The notes under the pieces are model-generated. The model was given only the letters and a program-made list of their open reading frames with translations. It did no database searches and had not been told where the DNA came from. The translations under genes and the position numbers were made by a program. From positions 1-54,418 of the forward strand of contig CAYUCV010000006.1 of NCBI GenBank assembly GCA_964443545.1: 54,418 nucleotides of DNA. Direction: 5' to 3'. How positions within the stretch are numbered: the stretch's first letter is position 1; every line of letters begins with the position of its first letter. Source of the stretch: an uncultured bacterium (GTDB lineage: Bacteria; Margulisbacteria; WOR-1; JAKLHX01; JBAZKV01). Shown here piece after piece: positions 50,609-54,418 of this stretch.

Positions 50609-51221
50609 CACCGCAGGAAGATTGACCGGCGCGGCGCTCATAGAAGAGACGCAGCAGGGAGCTGTCTCAGTGCTTTGCGAATATTCTTCTGCCAACGCCA
50701 GGTCTGAGGATGTGGCAGCGATCATAGAAAAACTGTTCAAAGATGCCGGCCTGGACATAAAGGAAGTTGACGCGGTAGCCGTTGTGGACGGCCCCGGTTC
50801 GTATTCCGGCCTGCGAGGCGGGCTGGCAGCGGCAAAAAGTCTGGCACAGGTCCTGGATGTGCCAATATGCGGGGTTTCGGCTCTTGAAGCAGCTGCCTAT
50901 AATCTGAAAAATGCCGAAGGCACAATAGCTGTTGTCTGCGATGCGGTAAGGGATGAGAGCAACTTTGCGCTTTTTTCCAGCGATTCTGTAAACATAAGAA
51001 GGCTTTCGCAGGACCTGCCCGTGCCCAAGACAAGGGTAAAAGAACTGCTGGGACAGATAAAGGGAAAGCTCCATATCCTGCGAGGCAGCGACGAGCATCC
51101 TTATGCAAGGAACGCGGCCCTGATCGGCCTTGAGAAGCTTAAATCCGGGCAAAAGGACGATCCTTTGAGCCTTGTTCCCAGATACTCGCATACGCCAAAC
51201 ATCCGGGAGTACGGGAAATGA
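50589..51221 (+). CDS. tsaB: tRNA t6A biosynthesis protein TsaB
   Basis: MKVLGISTAG...VAVVDGPGSYSGLRGGLAAAKSLA. Confidence 0.9.
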   Translation: MKVLGISTAGRLTGAALIEETQQGAVSVLCEYSSANARSEDVAAIIEKLFKDAGLDIKEVDAVAVVDGPGSYSGLRGGLAAAKSLAQVLDVPICGVSALEAAAYNLKNAEGTIAVVCDAVRDESNFALFSSDSVNIRRLSQDLPVPKTRVKELLGQIKGKLHILRGSDEHPYARNAALIGLEKLKSGQKDDPLSLVPRYSHTPNIREYGK

Positions 51222-51655
51222 ATTTTGAAGCAGTTAAACTGGATGATATCAACGAGATGCTCAAAATAGAAAAAAGATCCTTCCATTCCCACTGGAGCCG
51301 GCAGACCTTTGTTGACGAATTGTCCAGCGAGAACGGGCATTATGTTGCGGCACGACAGGACGGAAGGATACTGGGCTACAGCGGTTTCCGTTATGTGCTT
51401 GACGAAGGCCATATCACGACTCTTGCGGTGGCCCCCAGAATGCGCAAAAAAGGTGTGGGCACCAAATTGATAGAAAGGCTTATCAAGGATGCCTCGGCCA
51501 AGGGGCTCAAGAAGCTTTTTCTTGAAGTGAGGCAGTCCAATATAGCGGCGCAAAAGATCTATAAAAAACTGGGGTTTAAGGTCATAGACAGAAGAAGGGA
51601 ATACTACCAGCATCCGAGCGAGGATGCTCTGGTGATGCAGAATGACAATTTTTAG
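51218..51655 (+). CDS. rimI: ribosomal-protein-alanine N-acetyltransferase (GNAT)
   Basis: ATGA overlap with tsaB. LAVAPRMRKKGVGTKLI...LEVRQSNIAAQKIYKKLGF. Canonical tsaE-tsaB-rimI order. Confidence 0.88.
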   Translation: MNFEAVKLDDINEMLKIEKRSFHSHWSRQTFVDELSSENGHYVAARQDGRILGYSGFRYVLDEGHITTLAVAPRMRKKGVGTKLIERLIKDASAKGLKKLFLEVRQSNIAAQKIYKKLGFKVIDRRREYYQHPSEDALVMQNDNF

Positions 51656-54044
51656 CGACAAGAAGATCTATGTGATAGACGGGGCCATGGGCACCCAGAT
51701 AATGAAGCGCGTCAAAGACCCGGGTTTGTGCTTTGAAGGATTAAATCTTTCGCATCCCGAGATCATCCAGGCGATCCATAAGGACTATGTTGACGCGGGA
51801 TCGAACATGATCGAGACGAACACATTCGGCGCTACGATGGTAAAGTTAAAGGCCCACGGCCTTGAGGGTAAATTCCATAAAATTAATTTTGATGCTGTGA
51901 GGCTTGCCAAGAAGGCCGCTGCAAGAAAGGCTCTTGTTGCCGCCTCGATGGGCCCGTGCGGAGAGCTGCTTGAGCCTATAGGCAAGTTTTCGTTCGATGA
52001 AGCATATGAGGAATTTGCGGCGCAGGCAAAAGTGTTTGAAGAAGCAGGAGCTGACCTGGTCTCAATAGAAACTATGAGCGACCTTCAGGAAGCGCGTGCC
52101 GCCCTGATAGCGGTTAAGCAGAATACGAACCTTCCCGTGATCGTGCACATGACATATTCCGAGAACGGAAAAACTAATACAGGAACGCCTCCCGAAGTTG
52201 CGGCTGCTGTTCTTGGATCACTCGGGACTGATGCGATCGGGGCAAATTGTTCTTCGGGCCCTCAGGGGCTTATTGAAATAGCGAAAAGACTGATTAAGAG
52301 CACTGATATTCCTATCTCAATTATGCCCAATGCCGGCAATCCGGAAGTCGTAGATGACGAAACCGTCTACAGGATGACCCCTGAGAAGTTCGCACCATAC
52401 GCAAGAGAATTCGCAAAAATAGGGGTGAAGTTCATAGGAGGATGTTGTGGGACAAGTCCTGAACATATAAAGGCGATAGTGGAGGCTGTAAGGGCACGCG
52501 GCCGCGTGCCCCAACACGGCCGCGCGCCCAAACAAGGCACTACTCTAACTAGCAGGACGCAGGTGCTCGAATTCAAACCCGGCAGGCTGATGATAATAGG
52601 GGAGAGGATCAACCCGACTAATAGAAAAGATCTCCAGCAGGAACTGAGAGAAGGAAAGTCAAATATAATCAGGCAGAACGCGGTTTCGCAGGTTGCTGCC
52701 GGGGCCGACATTCTTGATGTTAATGTCGGTGCTCCGGATATTGACGAAAAAGCAGCGATAAAAAGAGCGGTCCATGCCGTTCAGGCCTCTGTCGAGGTGC
52801 CCGTTTGCATTGACAGCTCGGATCCCGCCGTTATCGAGGAAGGGCTAAAAAATTATTGCGGTAAAGCACTGATAAACTCTGTGAACGGCAAAAAAGAAAG
52901 CCTGGATGCCGTGATCCCTTTAGCAAAAAAATACGGTGCCGCGGTGATAGGCCTAACCCTGGAAAAAGGCATTCCCTCAAAAGCCTCCGAAAGAATTAAG
53001 ATAGCAAAAAAGATCATCGACCGGGCCGTAAAAGCAGGTGTTAATAAACAAGATATCTTTATAGATACCCTTGTCCTTGCAGCCGGCGCGCAGCAGGAAG
53101 ATGTTAAAGATACGCTTGTCGCCGTCGAGCAATGCAAAACCAAATTGAAAGTAATGACAAGCCTGGGTGTAAGCAATGTTTCGCACGGACTTCCGAATAG
53201 AAAAGCGCTGAACTCTGTTTTTCTTAAGCTGTGCCAAAATAAGGGATTAGATGCCGCGATCTATAATCCTGAAAACCTGAAATACAAGGTTCCCCTTTCC
53301 GTGGCAAGGGATGCGGAGGCGGTCTTTTTGAACAGGGACAAGGGGGCGAAGGATTGGATAAAGAAATACAGCAGCCAGGGGTCAGTAGGCAGTAGGCACG
53401 AAAAAGCAGAAGCTCCCCAAAAGAGGAATATTGAAAAGATCTTTGATGTGGTCGTCCAAGGCAATAAAGATATTATTGTTGATTTGATCGAAACAGAAAT
53501 ACAAACAGCCAAACCGCAGAATGTGATCGATAAAGCATTATTGCCGGCTATGGAAGAAGTAGGCAAAAGATTCAATGACGGGAGATATTTTATTCCGCAG
53601 GTGATGGCATCGGCAGAGACGATGAAAACTGCTTTTGAAAGAGTAAAGAAGGAAATAAAGCCGGAAGATGTAAGGATCATCGGCACTGCCGTAATTGCTA
53701 CCGTGCTCGGCGACATCCATGACATAGGCAAGAACATAGTTGCGATGCTTTTAGAGAACCACGGTTTTAAGGTCATTGATCTGGGAAAAGATGTTTCTCC
53801 CGAACTGATAGTAAAGACCGCACGCGATAATAAAGCCGATGTTATTCTTCTGTCCGCATTGCTGACAACAACGATGCCTCAGATGAAAGTGGTGAAACAG
53901 CTTCTCGATAAAGAAGGCGTAAATATTCCCGTGTTGATAGGAGGCGCTCCTGTTACCGAAAACTTTGCAAATTCTTTCTCCGCTAACTTTGCAAGGGATG
54001 CTATCGCCGCAGTTGAACGGGCCAAGAATTTGTTGACTTCATAA
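51642..54044 (+). CDS. metH: cobalamin-dependent methionine synthase lacking the C-terminal AdoMet reactivation domain
   Basis: Hcy domain (GANCSSGP, GGCCGT zinc ligands), pterin-binding barrel, B12 cap, and B12-binding GDIHDIGKNIV...LLSALLTTT...IGGAP. The protein ends about 40 aa later. Confidence 0.9.
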   Translation: MTIFSDKKIYVIDGAMGTQIMKRVKDPGLCFEGLNLSHPEIIQAIHKDYVDAGSNMIETNTFGATMVKLKAHGLEGKFHKINFDAVRLAKKAAARKALVAASMGPCGELLEPIGKFSFDEAYEEFAAQAKVFEEAGADLVSIETMSDLQEARAALIAVKQNTNLPVIVHMTYSENGKTNTGTPPEVAAAVLGSLGTDAIGANCSSGPQGLIEIAKRLIKSTDIPISIMPNAGNPEVVDDETVYRMTPEKFAPYAREFAKIGVKFIGGCCGTSPEHIKAIVEAVRARGRVPQHGRAPKQGTTLTSRTQVLEFKPGRLMIIGERINPTNRKDLQQELREGKSNIIRQNAVSQVAAGADILDVNVGAPDIDEKAAIKRAVHAVQASVEVPVCIDSSDPAVIEEGLKNYCGKALINSVNGKKESLDAVIPLAKKYGAAVIGLTLEKGIPSKASERIKIAKKIIDRAVKAGVNKQDIFIDTLVLAAGAQQEDVKDTLVAVEQCKTKLKVMTSLGVSNVSHGLPNRKALNSVFLKLCQNKGLDAAIYNPENLKYKVPLSVARDAEAVFLNRDKGAKDWIKKYSSQGSVGSRHEKAEAPQKRNIEKIFDVVVQGNKDIIVDLIETEIQTAKPQNVIDKALLPAMEEVGKRFNDGRYFIPQVMASAETMKTAFERVKKEIKPEDVRIIGTAVIATVLGDIHDIGKNIVAMLLENHGFKVIDLGKDVSPELIVKTARDNKADVILLSALLTTTMPQMKVVKQLLDKEGVNIPVLIGGAPVTENFANSFSANFARDAIAAVERAKNLLTS

Positions 54045-54110
54045 GGTCCCCGGATATATACTGCTCTATTGAATAATCCCTGTTAATTAGTCTTGCCGGA
54101 AGGAGGCCCC

Positions 54111-54418
54111 ATGAACCGGTTATTTGGTGTTCTTGTCTTCTTGTTTATGATGGCCGGTGCATCTTTTGCACAGGCGATCCTTACCCTTGAACAGAGCCTT
54201 GATCTTGCCCTTAAACAAAACGAGGCTGTAACAGTGGCCCAGAAAAAGACTGAGGCGGCCCAGGCAAAGGTGGCGCAGGCTTTTTCGGGCTATCTTCCGT
54301 CCGTATCGCTTCAGGCAAATTACGGAAGGTCTTTTTCATCTCCAATGCAGACCGTTATCAGCGGGATCCCCATAAGTTTTGGTCTGGACGAAGCGGGAGA
54401 TACAAAAAGATGGCAGGC
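54111..54418 (+). CDS. TolC-family outer membrane efflux protein (3' partial)
   Basis: The ATG at 54111 follows GGAGG. Signal peptide MNRLFGVLVFLFMMAGASFA, then LTLEQSLDLALKQNEAVTVAQKKTEAAQAKVAQA...LPSVSLQANYG. The frame is open to the window end, so it is absent from the ORF track. Confidence 0.8.
   Translation, partial: MNRLFGVLVFLFMMAGASFAQAILTLEQSLDLALKQNEAVTVAQKKTEAAQAKVAQAFSGYLPSVSLQANYGRSFSSPMQTVISGIPISFGLDEAGDTKRWQ

Overview
Bacterial chromosomal window dominated by the translation and transcription core. It uses the standard genetic code: TGA closes many conserved genes and tRNA-Trp has a CCA anticodon. A 5'-truncated NHL-repeat surface protein comes first. Then one co-directional, almost gap-free array runs from a sigma70-like promoter (~1751) to a strong terminator (31013-31045). 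It contains rpmG, tRNA-Trp, secE, nusG, rplKAJL, rpoBC, rpsLG, fusA, the S10/spc/alpha clusters with secY-adk-map-infA-rpmJ, then rplM-rpsI. tuf and rpmD (L30) are absent from their canonical slots. Downstream lie: (a) an enlarged, atypical 2-hydroxyacid-dehydrogenase homolog in its own transcription unit; (b) a class-V aminotransferase plus serA, joined to an NtrC-type regulator and two paralogous membrane GAF sensors, the first lacking an ATPase domain; (c) a small anchored protein, two orphan receivers, recO, an MFS transporter, a radical SAM protein, uppP and DUF1015; (d) tRNA(CAT) next to tilS, which carries an in-frame 78-bp nested palindrome; (e) folP-folK, where folK has a lysine-rich histone-H1-like N-terminal tail; (f) tsaE-tsaB-rimI, a metH without an activation domain, and the start of a TolC-like gene. 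I found no CRISPR array, transposase, integrase or recognisable defence genes. Most of the window is ordinary housekeeping. The items most worth a second look are the DHp-only sensor pair, the inserted dehydrogenase homolog, the K-rich HPPK fusion and the palindromic element inside tilS. All domain calls come from motif reading by eye, not from searches.
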